DNA of 48,988 nt from an uncultured Flavobacteriales bacterium (GTDB lineage: Bacteria; Bacteroidota; Bacteroidia; Flavobacteriales; UBA7312). Shown here piece after piece: positions 9,633 to 20,251 of this stretch. The stretch lies in contig CAJWHN010000004.1 in assembly GCA_913041085.1 (NCBI GenBank), positions 1-48,988 of the forward strand. The letters are read 5' to 3'. A model generated the notes under the pieces. The model made no database searches, was not told the DNA's origin, and was given only the letters and a program-made list of their open reading frames with translations. Positions within the stretch are counted from its first letter, which is position 1, and every line of letters begins with the position of its first letter. Made by a program: the position numbers and the translations under genes.

Positions 9633-10601
9633 ATGAAAAAAAACATCTATTATTTAGTCTTTATTTCACTTTTTCTATTCATGTCTTGTGATCACGATGA
9701 ATCCGCCAATTTTGAGATTGAAGTGAAACGCTTGGATACGATTTATACGACTGACCCCTTTAATGCTTCTTATGATGATTATGCTGATGAGTACGGCTAC
9801 TTTTGGGAGGTTTATAGTCAAAATGTGATTTTTTTACCTGCCGAATCATTTGCCGATTCTTTGAGTGCCTTTCAGCAAGAACAAGATTTTGCTAAGCCCT
9901 ATCAAGATGTAATTAATCAATACCAAGATTTTAGTTCTCATCACAAGAAATTGTCAAGAGCTTTTTATCATTATTATATGGCATTTCTAAATAAAACAAT
10001 TCCGACAATTGTTACTTTTTTTGGAGGCTTTAATTATATCGCTATTGCTACGGATAGTTCTTTAGGAATTGGCTTAGAGATGTTTTTAGGTAATGATAAT
10101 TACTATTCCAATTTGATTCATAAATTTCCAAAATATATGCATCATCAATTTCAGTCAGAATATTTAACTTCTGTTGCTGTCAATGGTTGGTTAGAGGCTG
10201 AATTTCCTGCACCTTTTGATGATTTTCTTACTCAAATGATTCATTATGGAAAAATAAAATATGCGCTTAATGAATTTTTAGTCGATGCTCCACATCATAT
10301 TACAATGGGCTTTACACAGAAGCAAATGGAGTGGTGTGAAAACAGTGAATTTTCAATATGGAAATTCTTCATTGAAGAAGGCTTGCTCTACACCAAGGAT
10401 CAATTTATGATTAGTAAATACATGAATCCTGCTCCTTATTCCAAGGGTATGCCCCATGAATCGCCAGGACAAGTTGCAGTTTGGGTAGGCTGGAATATCG
10501 TTAATGAGTTTATGCAAAACAATACTGAAGTTACCATTTCAGAGTTATTTCAAATAAAGGACGCCCAATACATTTTAAATCAATCTAAATACAAACCATA
10601 A
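9633..10601 (+). CDS. gldB: gliding motility lipoprotein GldB
   Basis: Lipobox FMSC, FLTQMIHYGKIKY, WCENSEFSIW, PAPYSK...SPGQVAVWVGWNIV and the C-terminal SKYKP; directly upstream of gldC. Confidence 0.85.
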   Translation: MKKNIYYLVFISLFLFMSCDHDESANFEIEVKRLDTIYTTDPFNASYDDYADEYGYFWEVYSQNVIFLPAESFADSLSAFQQEQDFAKPYQDVINQYQDFSSHHKKLSRAFYHYYMAFLNKTIPTIVTFFGGFNYIAIATDSSLGIGLEMFLGNDNYYSNLIHKFPKYMHHQFQSEYLTSVAVNGWLEAEFPAPFDDFLTQMIHYGKIKYALNEFLVDAPHHITMGFTQKQMEWCENSEFSIWKFFIEEGLLYTKDQFMISKYMNPAPYSKGMPHESPGQVAVWVGWNIVNEFMQNNTEVTISELFQIKDAQYILNQSKYKP

Positions 10602-10927
10602 TGAGTGCTAAAGAATCTCAAATTAAAATAAACGTACAATTAGACGACAATAATATTCCTGAAAAACTTTTTTGGGAAGCCTCCGATGGAGGTCAGGATT
10701 TAAGCGAGTGTAAAGCGGCCTTTTTGTCTTTTTGGGACAATAAATCTAAAGATACTTTGCGCATAGATTTATGGACTAAAGAAATGCGAACCGATGAGAT
10801 GAAACACTTTTTTCATCAGACCTTAGTGTCTATGGCAGACACTTTAGAAAGAGCAACTAATGAGGATAAAATAGCAGCCGATATGCGTGACTTTTGTCAC
10901 CATTTTGCCGAAAAATTATTACGCTGA
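10601..10927 (+). CDS. gldC: gliding motility protein GldC
   Basis: [37 protein letters not shown] and DMRDFC..FAEKL. Confidence 0.93.
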   Translation: MSAKESQIKINVQLDDNNIPEKLFWEASDGGQDLSECKAAFLSFWDNKSKDTLRIDLWTKEMRTDEMKHFFHQTLVSMADTLERATNEDKIAADMRDFCHHFAEKLLR

Positions 10928-11524
10928 TTTAAAAAGCTCGTTAGTATTTGCGATGAAAGTTAAAATATCTTCTTTACCATTCTTTTTAGTGGCCGAGCTT
11001 AAAAATATTTGAGGGAGTTCTTCCCAGCTTTTGAGTAATTCTTTCTTGTAGTTAATCAGATTTTCTGCGCTTTCTTTTTTAGACAGTTTGTCTTGCTTAG
11101 TGAAGCAGATTACAAAAGGAATGCCATTTTCGCCTAACCATTGCATAAATTCTAAATCAATAGCTTGTTGTTTAAGGCGAGAGTCCAAGAGGACAAACAG
11201 ACACATTAAATTTTCTCGTTTTAGTAAATACTTTTTGATAAACTGAGCAAACTCAAAGCGTTGAGTTTTGGATACTCCAGCATAACCGTATCCCGGCAAA
11301 TCTACTAGATACCAAAGTTTATTTATTAGAAAGTGATTGATAAGCTGAGTCTTTCCTGGTTTGCCTGAAACTTTAGCTAAACTTTTTCTCTCTGTTAGCA
11401 TATTAATTAGAGAAGACTTGCCCACATTGGAGCGTCCAATAAAAGCATATTCGGGCATATCAGCTTTAGGACATTTTTTAATATCTGTATTACTGATAAT
11501 AAACTCAGCTTGTTTGATGCGCAT
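10919..11524 (-). CDS. yihA: ribosome biogenesis GTPase YihA/YsxC (EngB)
   Basis: [25 protein letters not shown] and TKQDK. Confidence 0.95.
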   Translation of the reverse strand: MRIKQAEFIISNTDIKKCPKADMPEYAFIGRSNVGKSSLINMLTERKSLAKVSGKPGKTQLINHFLINKLWYLVDLPGYGYAGVSKTQRFEFAQFIKKYLLKRENLMCLFVLLDSRLKQQAIDLEFMQWLGENGIPFVICFTKQDKLSKKESAENLINYKKELLKSWEELPQIFLSSATKKNGKEDILTFIANTNELFKSA

Positions 11525-11531
11525 CTTAAAT

Positions 11532-12296
11532 TTATTTGATATTGGCGTTCAGCCAACTACAAAGAATTTTAGAAAATTCTTCTGGATGTTCCCACATGGG
11601 TGAATGACCACATTTATCGATCCAATACAAATCCGAACGTTGGAAAAGACTATGAAATTCTTCGGCAACTTCAGGAGGTGTTACACTATCTTGTTTACCC
11701 CAAACTAAACATACAGGAAAGTCTAAATGAGGAATGTCACTACTCATATTATGACGTATAGCCGATTTGGCCATTGTCAGTAAACGAATCACAGAATTTC
11801 TATTATTGGCAATCTCAAAAACAGTATCAACTAAAGCCTTTGTTGCCATTTTAGGGTCGTAAAAAACTTCTTCTGTTTTTTTGCGAATATAGTCGTAGTC
11901 GCCTCGTCTTGGGAAGGTGTCGCCCATTGAGTTTTCATACAGACCAGAACTTCCTGTTAGTACTAAGCCGTCAACCATTTCAGGGTGATCTTTGGCGTAT
12001 ACTAAAGAGATATGTCCGCCTAAAGAATTGCCAAATAAAGTGACTTTATCAAGCCCTTTAAATTTTAAAAACTCGTGGATATAATCTGAAAAATGTTTGA
12101 TGCTAGTTTTAAGGATAGGTTTTTCAAAAAGTGGTAGAACTGGGCCAATCACTTTGTATCCATTAGAAGCAAGTTTTGGAATAACTTTTTCAAAATTATC
12201 TAAACCTCCCATCAAACCATGTAACAAAACAATTACGGGACCTTCTCCAACCTCTATGTATTCATAGCCCTTTTCTTTAATTGTTTCTAAAACCAT
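11532..12296 (-). CDS. alpha/beta fold hydrolase
   Basis: LLHGLMG oxyanion motif, GNSLGG nucleophile elbow, WGKQD and CGH.P..E.P. Confidence 0.9.
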   Translation of the reverse strand: MVLETIKEKGYEYIEVGEGPVIVLLHGLMGGLDNFEKVIPKLASNGYKVIGPVLPLFEKPILKTSIKHFSDYIHEFLKFKGLDKVTLFGNSLGGHISLVYAKDHPEMVDGLVLTGSSGLYENSMGDTFPRRGDYDYIRKKTEEVFYDPKMATKALVDTVFEIANNRNSVIRLLTMAKSAIRHNMSSDIPHLDFPVCLVWGKQDSVTPPEVAEEFHSLFQRSDLYWIDKCGHSPMWEHPEEFSKILCSWLNANIK

Positions 12297-12404
12297 TCAG
12301 ATTAAATTTTTCACAAAAATACGTAAAAAAATCATCTCAATTCCAAATAGATTTTAAACCAAGAAAATAGGTGTAATTAGAGAAAAGTGTCACGAGTTAT
12401 CAAC

Positions 12405-12431
12405 AAAGTGGTAAAAAGTGGTAAAAAGTGG
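12405..12431 (+). promoter_or_regulatory. MraZ binding site: three AAAGTGG direct repeats at 10-bp period
   Basis: AAAGTGG at 12405, 12415 and 12425, with a degenerate AAAGTGT at 12384, upstream of mraZ and just before a TATATTTA -7-like element (12444-12451). Confidence 0.8.
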
Positions 12432-12470
12432 AGTAAAATTGCATATATTTACGGCTTACATACGATTTTG

Positions 12471-12932
12471 ATGATAAACTTAATTGGGACATATGAATGC
12501 AAGATTGACGCTAAAGGTAGGATTATGCTACCTGCAGTCTTGAAAAAACAGCTGTCTCCTATCATAGGAGAGGGCTTTGTTTTGAAGCGATCTGTGTTTA
12601 GTAGTTGCCTTGAAATACATCCTATGAGCGAATGGAATGTCTTGATGTCTGAGGTAAATAAGTTGAATCGATTTGTAAAGAAAAATAATGACTTCATACG
12701 TCTTTTTACTGCTGGTGTCAAAATGTTAGAAACGGATTCTAATGCTCGACTTCAAATTCCAAAGGATCTAATCAGTTTTGCTAACATTTCAAAAAATGTA
12801 GTCATTTCTTGTTCAGTCAATATGATTGAGGTTTGGGATAAAGATCAATACGAGCAAGTTTTAAAAGATGCTACTTCTGATTTTGCAGATTTAGCAGAGG
12901 AAGTAATGGGCAACATCGAAAAAGAAGACTAA
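12471..12932 (+). CDS. mraZ: transcriptional regulator MraZ
   Basis: GTYECKIDAKGRIMLP, D...RLQIP and IEVWD; first gene of the dcw cluster. Start moved to ATG 12471. Confidence 0.95.
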   Translation: MINLIGTYECKIDAKGRIMLPAVLKKQLSPIIGEGFVLKRSVFSSCLEIHPMSEWNVLMSEVNKLNRFVKKNNDFIRLFTAGVKMLETDSNARLQIPKDLISFANISKNVVISCSVNMIEVWDKDQYEQVLKDATSDFADLAEEVMGNIEKED

Positions 12933-13828
12933 TGGGATATCACGAGGCAGTTTTATTAGATGAATCAATAGCTGGCCTTTCTATTCAACCTAACGGTATC
13001 TATGTTGATGTCACTTTTGGCGGTGGCGGTCATTCCAAATCTATACTACAAAAACTAGAAAATGGCAAGCTCTTTGCCTTTGACCAAGATAGCGATGCAC
13101 AACAAAATTGTGTTGATGATACTCGCCTAGTTTTAATTGCTCAGAACTTTAGGTTTATCAAAAAGTTTTTGCGTTTGGAAGGTATCCATGAAGTTGATGG
13201 TATTCTTGCGGATTTGGGTGTTTCTTCACATCAATTTGATACTGTAGATCGTGGATTTTCAATTCGAGAAAACGGTGATTTGGATATGCGAATGAATAGA
13301 GAGCAAGAACTGTCTGCCAAAACCGTAGTAAACGACTATGAATATAACGAATTAAGTCGGATTTTTAGAAAGTTTGGTGAACTAAACAATGCTTATGCTT
13401 TAGCAAAATCTATAGTTAATTACAGAGAAGAAAAGGTTATTTCAACGACTGAGGACTTGAAAGACGCTGTAAAAGAGCATGTGCCTCCACACAAGAAAAA
13501 TAAAATATTAGCTCAACTTTTTCAAGCAATTCGTATTGAAGTCAATGATGAAATGAACGCTTTAAAAGATATGCTAAGTCAGTCTGTTGATTTGCTTAAA
13601 AAAGGCGGTAGGTTATCTGTGATATCCTACCATTCTTTAGAAGATAGATTGGTGAAAAACCTCATAAAGTCAGGCAATTTCGAAGGAGAAATAGAAAAGG
13701 ATTTTTATGGTATTCCTAAGCTTGTTCTAAATTCTATTAATAGAAAACCCATCACTGCAACACAAGAAGAATTAGATAGTAATCCACGCTCTAGAAGTGC
13801 AAAATTAAGAGTAGGTCAAAAGGTATGA
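12932..13828 (+). CDS. rsmH: 16S rRNA m4C1402 methyltransferase
   Basis: DVTFGGGGHS, DLGVSSHQFD, FQAIRIEVN, SYHSLEDR and NPRSRSAKLR. Confidence 0.97.
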   Translation: MGYHEAVLLDESIAGLSIQPNGIYVDVTFGGGGHSKSILQKLENGKLFAFDQDSDAQQNCVDDTRLVLIAQNFRFIKKFLRLEGIHEVDGILADLGVSSHQFDTVDRGFSIRENGDLDMRMNREQELSAKTVVNDYEYNELSRIFRKFGELNNAYALAKSIVNYREEKVISTTEDLKDAVKEHVPPHKKNKILAQLFQAIRIEVNDEMNALKDMLSQSVDLLKKGGRLSVISYHSLEDRLVKNLIKSGNFEGEIEKDFYGIPKLVLNSINRKPITATQEELDSNPRSRSAKLRVGQKV

Positions 13829-14169
13829 AGGATTTAAAACACACATATCAGCCTAAGAAAGGGTTTCAAAACGGACTTTCCGATTTATTGAGTGGCAAAG
13901 TTCTTGAAAAAGGCTTGTTTGAGTTATTGCCTTTCTCTCTTTATATCTGTTTGCTCATAGTGTTTTACATCAATAATTCATACCTAGCCGAAGGTTATGT
14001 AAGAACAATTTCATCTTTAGAAAGAGAGCTCAAAGACCTACGTTCAGAATACATTACAACTAAGTCTTTACTGATGTTTCAAAGTAAGCAAACCGAAGTT
14101 CAATCTTTAGTGGCTAGTCAAGGACTACAACAAAGTGATTCTCAACCTTTTATAATTCATGCTAACTAA
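13825..14169 (+). CDS. ftsL: FtsL-like cell division protein
   Basis: Single TM followed by a coiled coil (LERELKDLRSEYI); lies between rsmH and ftsI. Confidence 0.8.
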   Translation: MKDLKHTYQPKKGFQNGLSDLLSGKVLEKGLFELLPFSLYICLLIVFYINNSYLAEGYVRTISSLERELKDLRSEYITTKSLLMFQSKQTEVQSLVASQGLQQSDSQPFIIHAN

Positions 14170-16253
14170 TGAAACACTCTAAAAACATAAAAAGACGAGC
14201 AGTTGCTATATACCTTTTTATGATTTTGTTGGCGCTTGTTATTATCATCCAACCACTATATACTCAGATTTTTGAGTCACATTTATACAATACTGAGAAT
14301 TACAATGTCACACGAACTGTCACAGTTCCAGCATCAAGAGGTAACATTTATTCTGATGATTTATCGCTTTTAGCGACTTCAATACCTGAATATGAGATAC
14401 GTTGGGATGCTAAACAAGTCGATAAAGAATTATTTCTAGATGAGGTTGAAGAGTTATCATCTAAATTATCGGAGCTTTTTAATGATAAACCAGCCTCAGA
14501 TTATTTCGATTATTTAAGAAAAGTATGGGCTAAACAGAGTCGCTATGCTCTAATAAAAAGAAAAGTAAACTACAATCAACTTAAGTTATTAAAGCAGTTT
14601 CCAATTTTTAGTGAAGGCAGATATAAAGGAGGTTTTCAGTATAAGCAATTGAATATACGTCAAAAGCCATTTCAACAGTTGGCAGGTAGAACCATAGGTT
14701 ATCATAAAAAACAATCCAAGTCGGTTGGTATCGAAGGTGCTTTTAATTATGATTTGAAAGGTAAAAATGGCGAGAGATTAGAACATAGATTGGCAGGTAA
14801 TGAATGGATGCCTATTCGAGAAAGAGAGTCCTTTCCTGGCAAAGATGTGATTACTACCATTGATATTCGTTTTCAAGATATTGCACATCAAGCCCTCGAG
14901 GACAGGTTGTATTTTCATGATGCAGACTTTGGCACTACAATACTTATGGAAGTAGCTACTGGCGAAATTAAGTCAATTGTAAACCTCAAAAAAGTCGATG
15001 AAGATAAGTATGTTGAATTTTACAATTTTGCTATCGGAAGAAGTATTGAGCCAGGCTCTACTTTTAAGTTAGCCTCTGTCATTGCAGGACTTGAAGATGG
15101 TTTTCTACAGTTGGACGATTCTGTAAATACAACAGGGGGGAAACATAGCTTTTATGATAGAGTTATGCGTGATTCTAAAAAAGGTGGCTATGGTGTTATT
15201 TCTTTAGAGGAATCATTTACTAAGTCTTCTAATGTCGGAATTTCAAAACTTATCAATAAACACTATAAAGCCAAGCCTTCGCAATTCGTAGATAGACTTT
15301 ATAGCATGGGAATTAATGAGCCACTTGGCATTGCATTATCTGGAGAGGCTAAGCCTGCTATAAGACATCCTAAACAATCTTCCAATTGGTCTGGAACTAC
15401 TTTGCCTTGGATGTCTATTGGTTACGGAATAAAAATGACGCCATTACAAATTCTAAGTTTTTATGCCGCTATCGCTAATGACGGACAGCGTATGAAACCA
15501 CTTTTTGTAAAGTCTATAATGGCAAATGGTATAACAGAAAAAAACTATAATCCTGAAGTTTTAAACCCATCTATTTGCTCTATGACTACCATTAAAAAAG
15601 TTAAGCAAATGCTAGAAGATGTAGTGGAAGATGGGACTGCTAAAAGCATTAAATCTAAGCAGTATAAAATAGCGGGTAAAACAGGTACAGCTCAATTGAT
15701 AGTTGATGGGGGGTACGACAACCAAAGACACCTAGCATCATTTGTGGGGTACTTTCCTGCAGACAATCCTAAATATGCTTGTATAGTGATGATTAATGAC
15801 CCCCAAGAAAACGGTAGTTATGGTGGTGATGTTGCAGCACCTGTTTTTAGAACAATTTCTGATTATGTAATGAATACGGACTTAAGTCTACAATCTACAG
15901 ATACTATCGAAAAGCGACAAATTCCAGTTTCTAAAGATGGCTTTAAGAGGCACTTGGCTAATATCTTCAATACTTTTGATGTACCAACTTCTAGCGATGA
16001 CGATAGAGCGCAATGGGTTCTTACTAAATCCCAAAAAGAACAGGTAAAACTCCAAACAAGAAATATCACGAGAGATTTAGAAAAAAATAAAATGCCCAAC
16101 ATAAAAGGTATGGGCTTAAATGATGTGTTGTTTTTATTAGAAAATTATGGTTTGAATATCAGCTATTCAGGTCGTGGTAGTGTTAAAGAGCAATCCATCA
16201 ATAAAGGAGAAAACATAAGAAAAGGACAAAATTTAACCATTGTACTTTCATGA
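14169..16253 (+). CDS. ftsI: class B penicillin-binding protein FtsI with C-terminal PASTA domain
   Basis: RGNIY, EPGSTFK (SxxK), SSN (SxN), KTGT and the C-terminal MPNIKGM PASTA domain. Confidence 0.93.
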   Translation: MKHSKNIKRRAVAIYLFMILLALVIIIQPLYTQIFESHLYNTENYNVTRTVTVPASRGNIYSDDLSLLATSIPEYEIRWDAKQVDKELFLDEVEELSSKLSELFNDKPASDYFDYLRKVWAKQSRYALIKRKVNYNQLKLLKQFPIFSEGRYKGGFQYKQLNIRQKPFQQLAGRTIGYHKKQSKSVGIEGAFNYDLKGKNGERLEHRLAGNEWMPIRERESFPGKDVITTIDIRFQDIAHQALEDRLYFHDADFGTTILMEVATGEIKSIVNLKKVDEDKYVEFYNFAIGRSIEPGSTFKLASVIAGLEDGFLQLDDSVNTTGGKHSFYDRVMRDSKKGGYGVISLEESFTKSSNVGISKLINKHYKAKPSQFVDRLYSMGINEPLGIALSGEAKPAIRHPKQSSNWSGTTLPWMSIGYGIKMTPLQILSFYAAIANDGQRMKPLFVKSIMANGITEKNYNPEVLNPSICSMTTIKKVKQMLEDVVEDGTAKSIKSKQYKIAGKTGTAQLIVDGGYDNQRHLASFVGYFPADNPKYACIVMINDPQENGSYGGDVAAPVFRTISDYVMNTDLSLQSTDTIEKRQIPVSKDGFKRHLANIFNTFDVPTSSDDDRAQWVLTKSQKEQVKLQTRNITRDLEKNKMPNIKGMGLNDVLFLLENYGLNISYSGRGSVKEQSINKGENIRKGQNLTIVLS

Positions 16254-17710
16254 AGTTATTGCAAGACATATTATTTGGGGTAGAGATACTTGAAGTTGCT
16301 GGTTCAACTCATGCTGCTATTCCAAACGTCTATTTTGATTCTAGAAATGTCGGAAAAGACGCTTTATTTGTCGCCGTTAAAGGTACAATAAGTGATGGAC
16401 ACGAGTACATCAATCAGGCTATTGAAAATGGAGCAGTTGCCATAGTAGCTGAAGAACTTCCTTTAACAAAACCAGAAGGACTTACCTACATAAGAGTAAA
16501 CGATAGCTCAAAAGCTTTAGGGGTTATTGCCTCTAATTTTTATGATAATCCTTCTCAAAAATTAAATCTTGTTGCTGTAACAGGCACTAATGGTAAGACA
16601 TCGGTTGTCAGCTTATTGCATCAGTTTTACCAATCATTAGCTATCAAAACAGGAGTTCTATCAACTATAGTAAACAAGATTGGTTTCCAAGAAGTTCCAT
16701 CAACACATACTACTCCTGATGCATTAAGTATCAATAAGCTTTTATCTCAAATGGTTGATGAGGGTTGTAAGTTTTGTTTCATGGAAGCAAGTTCTCACGC
16801 TATTCATCAAAACCGAATTTCAGGATTACAGTTTAAAGGTGCTGTTTTCACAAACATCACTCACGACCACTTGGATTATCACAAGACATTTGACGATTAT
16901 ATACTTGCCAAAAAAGCACTATTTGATTCACTTCCTTCCGATGCCTTCGCATTAGTTAATAAGGACGATAGACACGGTTTGAATATGCTACACCATTGTG
17001 AAGCTAAACAATACACTTTTGCCTTAAAGTCTTCAGCAGATTTTAAAGCTAAAATTATTGAGCATCAATTTGACGGTATGCTTTTAAATGTCGATGACAA
17101 AGAAGTTTGGACTAAGCTTATTGGTGAATTTAATGCTTATAACCTCCTCTCCATTTACGCTACAACCCTTCTTTTGGGAGAAGATACTTTTCAATCACTA
17201 ACAAGTCTTAGCGTCTTGACTAGTGCAGAGGGAAGATTTGAAGTATGCAGAGCTAATGACGGTTGTATTGGCATTGTAGATTATGCTCATACACCCGATG
17301 CTTTACTTAATGTGATAAATACCATCAATAAGATTAAGAATAATCAGCAATTGATTACAGTTTTTGGCTGTGGTGGTGATAGAGATAAATCCAAGCGTTC
17401 CAAAATGGGGCAAATTGCTTCAGAACTTAGTGACAGAGTCATCATTACTAGTGACAATCCTCGTACTGAAAATTCAGATGATATATTAAATGAAATAGCA
17501 CAGGGAGTAAACCCTAAACACCTTAAAAAAGTACTAAGTATTTCTGATAGAAAAGAGGCTATTAAAACAGCTTGCTCACTAGCTAACGAAGGAGATGTTA
17601 TTCTGCTAGCAGGAAAAGGGCATGAAAAATACCAAGAAATCAATGGCCAAAAATTAGCATTTGACGATAAAGAAGAATTAAAAAACACATTTAACCTACT
17701 TAGAAAATAA
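16250..17710 (+). CDS. murE: UDP-MurNAc-Ala-Glu--meso-DAP ligase
   Basis: [36 protein letters not shown] (DAP specificity) and AGKGHE. Confidence 0.97.
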   Translation: MKLLQDILFGVEILEVAGSTHAAIPNVYFDSRNVGKDALFVAVKGTISDGHEYINQAIENGAVAIVAEELPLTKPEGLTYIRVNDSSKALGVIASNFYDNPSQKLNLVAVTGTNGKTSVVSLLHQFYQSLAIKTGVLSTIVNKIGFQEVPSTHTTPDALSINKLLSQMVDEGCKFCFMEASSHAIHQNRISGLQFKGAVFTNITHDHLDYHKTFDDYILAKKALFDSLPSDAFALVNKDDRHGLNMLHHCEAKQYTFALKSSADFKAKIIEHQFDGMLLNVDDKEVWTKLIGEFNAYNLLSIYATTLLLGEDTFQSLTSLSVLTSAEGRFEVCRANDGCIGIVDYAHTPDALLNVINTINKIKNNQQLITVFGCGGDRDKSKRSKMGQIASELSDRVIITSDNPRTENSDDILNEIAQGVNPKHLKKVLSISDRKEAIKTACSLANEGDVILLAGKGHEKYQEINGQKLAFDDKEELKNTFNLLRK

Positions 17711-18924
17711 TGATTTATTACCTATTTGAATATCTAGAATCCGTATTTCAGTTGCCTGGAGCAGGAGTGTTTCAATATATTTCATTTAGGGCAGCCTTAG
17801 CAGTCATTACTTCTTTATTGGTTTCTATGGTGTTTGGCGGTAAGATTATCAATCTAATAAGAAATAAACAAATTGGAGAAGAAGTCAGGACTTTAGGTTT
17901 AGAGGGAGAAGCACAAAAGAAAGGAACGCCTACTATGGGAGGCTTAATTATACTTGCAGCTATTCTGTTACCAACTCTTTTATTTGCCAAACTTTCAAAC
18001 ATCTATATCGTCATAATGCTAATCTCTACAGTTTGGTTAGGGCTAATTGGATTCATTGACGATTACATCAAGGTATTTAAAAAAGATAAAGAAGGCTTAG
18101 CAGGAAGATTTAAAATTATTGGACAAGTAGGTCTAGGACTCATCATAGGTCTTACTATGTATTTACACGAGGGGATTACTATCAAGGAAGAAATACGAAA
18201 TATTGATAAAGCCAATACTGAAGTTGTTTTTGGGCAAGAAACAAAGTCACTTAAAACAAGCATACCCTTTGTAAAGAATAATGAATTTGACTACACCACT
18301 TTGGTAAGTTGGATGGGAGAAACGGGCAAGAAATACGCTTGGATAGTCTTTGTCTTAATAGTCATTTTTGTGGTTACTGCCGTAAGTAATGGCGCCAATA
18401 TGACCGATGGTCTAGATGGTCTCGCAACGGGTACTTCAGCCATAATAGGTGCTACACTTGGAATCTTAGCTTATGTGTCTGGTAATGTATTCTTTGCCGA
18501 CTACCTCAACATAATGTATCTACCAAACTCTGGTGAGTTGGTTATTTATATGGCTGCATTTGTAGGGGCTTGTGTAGGGTTTTTATGGTACAACTCCTAT
18601 CCAGCTCAAGTATTTATGGGCGATACAGGAAGTTTAGCATTAGGAGGAATTATTGCAGTATTTGCTATTGCTATTAGAAAAGAATTATTAATACCTGTCT
18701 TGTGTGGTATTTTCTTGGTAGAGAATTTATCAGTTATGCTACAAGTGGGTTATTTCAAATACACTAAAAAGAAATTCGGTGAAGGTCGTCGAATTTTCAA
18801 GATGGCACCATTACATCATCATTTTCAAAAGTTGGGTATGCACGAAAGTAAAATTGTTACTCGCTTTTGGATAGCTGGTGTCATGTTGGCCATATTAACC
18901 ATTGTCACTCTAAAACTGAGATAA
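17710..18924 (+). CDS. mraY: phospho-MurNAc-pentapeptide transferase
   Basis: [30 protein letters not shown] and MAPLHHHF. Confidence 0.97.
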   Translation: MIYYLFEYLESVFQLPGAGVFQYISFRAALAVITSLLVSMVFGGKIINLIRNKQIGEEVRTLGLEGEAQKKGTPTMGGLIILAAILLPTLLFAKLSNIYIVIMLISTVWLGLIGFIDDYIKVFKKDKEGLAGRFKIIGQVGLGLIIGLTMYLHEGITIKEEIRNIDKANTEVVFGQETKSLKTSIPFVKNNEFDYTTLVSWMGETGKKYAWIVFVLIVIFVVTAVSNGANMTDGLDGLATGTSAIIGATLGILAYVSGNVFFADYLNIMYLPNSGELVIYMAAFVGACVGFLWYNSYPAQVFMGDTGSLALGGIIAVFAIAIRKELLIPVLCGIFLVENLSVMLQVGYFKYTKKKFGEGRRIFKMAPLHHHFQKLGMHESKIVTRFWIAGVMLAILTIVTLKLR

Positions 18925-20249
18925 TGGGGAAAGTTGTTGTGCTTGGTGGTGGAGAAAGTGGCTGTGGGGCGGCACTATTAGCACAACAAAAAGGATTTGA
19001 GGTATTTCTTTCTGATATCGGAAAGATAAAAGAGAAATACAAAAATGTTCTTAAACATAATGCGATTGAATGGGAAGAAGAAAAACACTCTGAAAAGCGT
19101 TTTTTCGAGGCAGATATAATTGTCAAAAGTCCAGGTATCCCTGATACTATTCCTTTAATACAAGATTTGAAAAAAGCTTCAGTGCCTATCATTTCTGAAA
19201 TTGAATTTGCGGCACGATATACCGATGCAAAAATTATTGGCATTACAGGAAGTAACGGCAAAACCACTACTACATTATTAGTAGGCCATTTGCTCAAAAA
19301 AGCGGGTTTAAATTTGGGTATTGCTGGAAATGTAGGTGACAGTTTTGCTTTACAAGTAGCCAATGAATCTCATGACTTTTATGTCTTAGAATTAAGCAGT
19401 TTTCAATTGGACGGCATAGATAATTTTAAGCCTCACATCGCCATTTTGCTCAATATCACACCAGATCATTTGGACAGATATGCCAATAAAATGGAGAACT
19501 ACATTCAATCAAAAATGAGAATTACTATGAATCAGACTTCAGAAGATTTTTTAATCTACTGTTCGGATGATAATAACATAACAATGAATTTAAAAACTCA
19601 GGCTCAATGTTTGCCATTTTCTATTAAAGAAAATCAAGAGCAAGGAGCTTGTTTAAACAATGACGAGATAGAAATAAATATTAACCAAGAATCATTTAAT
19701 ATGAACATTCAACAATTGGCCCTTCAGGGCAAACACAACATCTACAATTCTATGGCTGCAGCTATTTCAGCTAGGATTTTAGATTTAAACAAAGATTTAA
19801 TAAGAGAGAGTCTTATTGACTTCAAAAATGTAGAACACCGACTCGAACGAGTCATTAAAGTACACGGTATCGAGTTCATTAACGACTCTAAGGCTACAAA
19901 TGTCAATTCTACATGGTACGCTTTGGAAAGTATGACTAAAGATACCATTTGGATTGTCGGTGGTGTTGATAAGGGAAACGATTACTCATCACTAATACCT
20001 TTAGTCAATCAGAAAGTAAAAGCGATTGTTTGTCTAGGTGAAAATGTAGACTCTATAAAAGCAGCATTTGAAAATTTAGATGTTGATATGCTATTTGCCT
20101 CATCTATGGAAGAAGCCGTCAATCAATCTTATGAACACGCTACTAAGGGCGATGCTGTTTTGTTATCGCCAGCATGCGCTAGTTTCGATTTATTCGAAAA
20201 TTATGAGCACAGAGGTTATGAATTTAAATTATCAGTAAGAAGTTTATAA
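18924..20249 (+). CDS. murD: UDP-MurNAc-Ala--D-glutamate ligase
   Basis: LGGGESG, KSPGI, TGSNGKTTT, ELSSFQL, NDSKATN and SPACASFD. Start at ATG 18924, coupled to the mraY stop. Confidence 0.97.
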   Translation: MGKVVVLGGGESGCGAALLAQQKGFEVFLSDIGKIKEKYKNVLKHNAIEWEEEKHSEKRFFEADIIVKSPGIPDTIPLIQDLKKASVPIISEIEFAARYTDAKIIGITGSNGKTTTTLLVGHLLKKAGLNLGIAGNVGDSFALQVANESHDFYVLELSSFQLDGIDNFKPHIAILLNITPDHLDRYANKMENYIQSKMRITMNQTSEDFLIYCSDDNNITMNLKTQAQCLPFSIKENQEQGACLNNDEIEININQESFNMNIQQLALQGKHNIYNSMAAAISARILDLNKDLIRESLIDFKNVEHRLERVIKVHGIEFINDSKATNVNSTWYALESMTKDTIWIVGGVDKGNDYSSLIPLVNQKVKAIVCLGENVDSIKAAFENLDVDMLFASSMEEAVNQSYEHATKGDAVLLSPACASFDLFENYEHRGYEFKLSVRSL

Positions 20250-20251
20250 AG

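Noticed and set aside
12405-12431. Short periodic repeat as a CRISPR array or VNTR
   Set aside because: Only three 7-nt units with 3-nt gaps and no cas genes; the position and sequence fit MraZ boxes.
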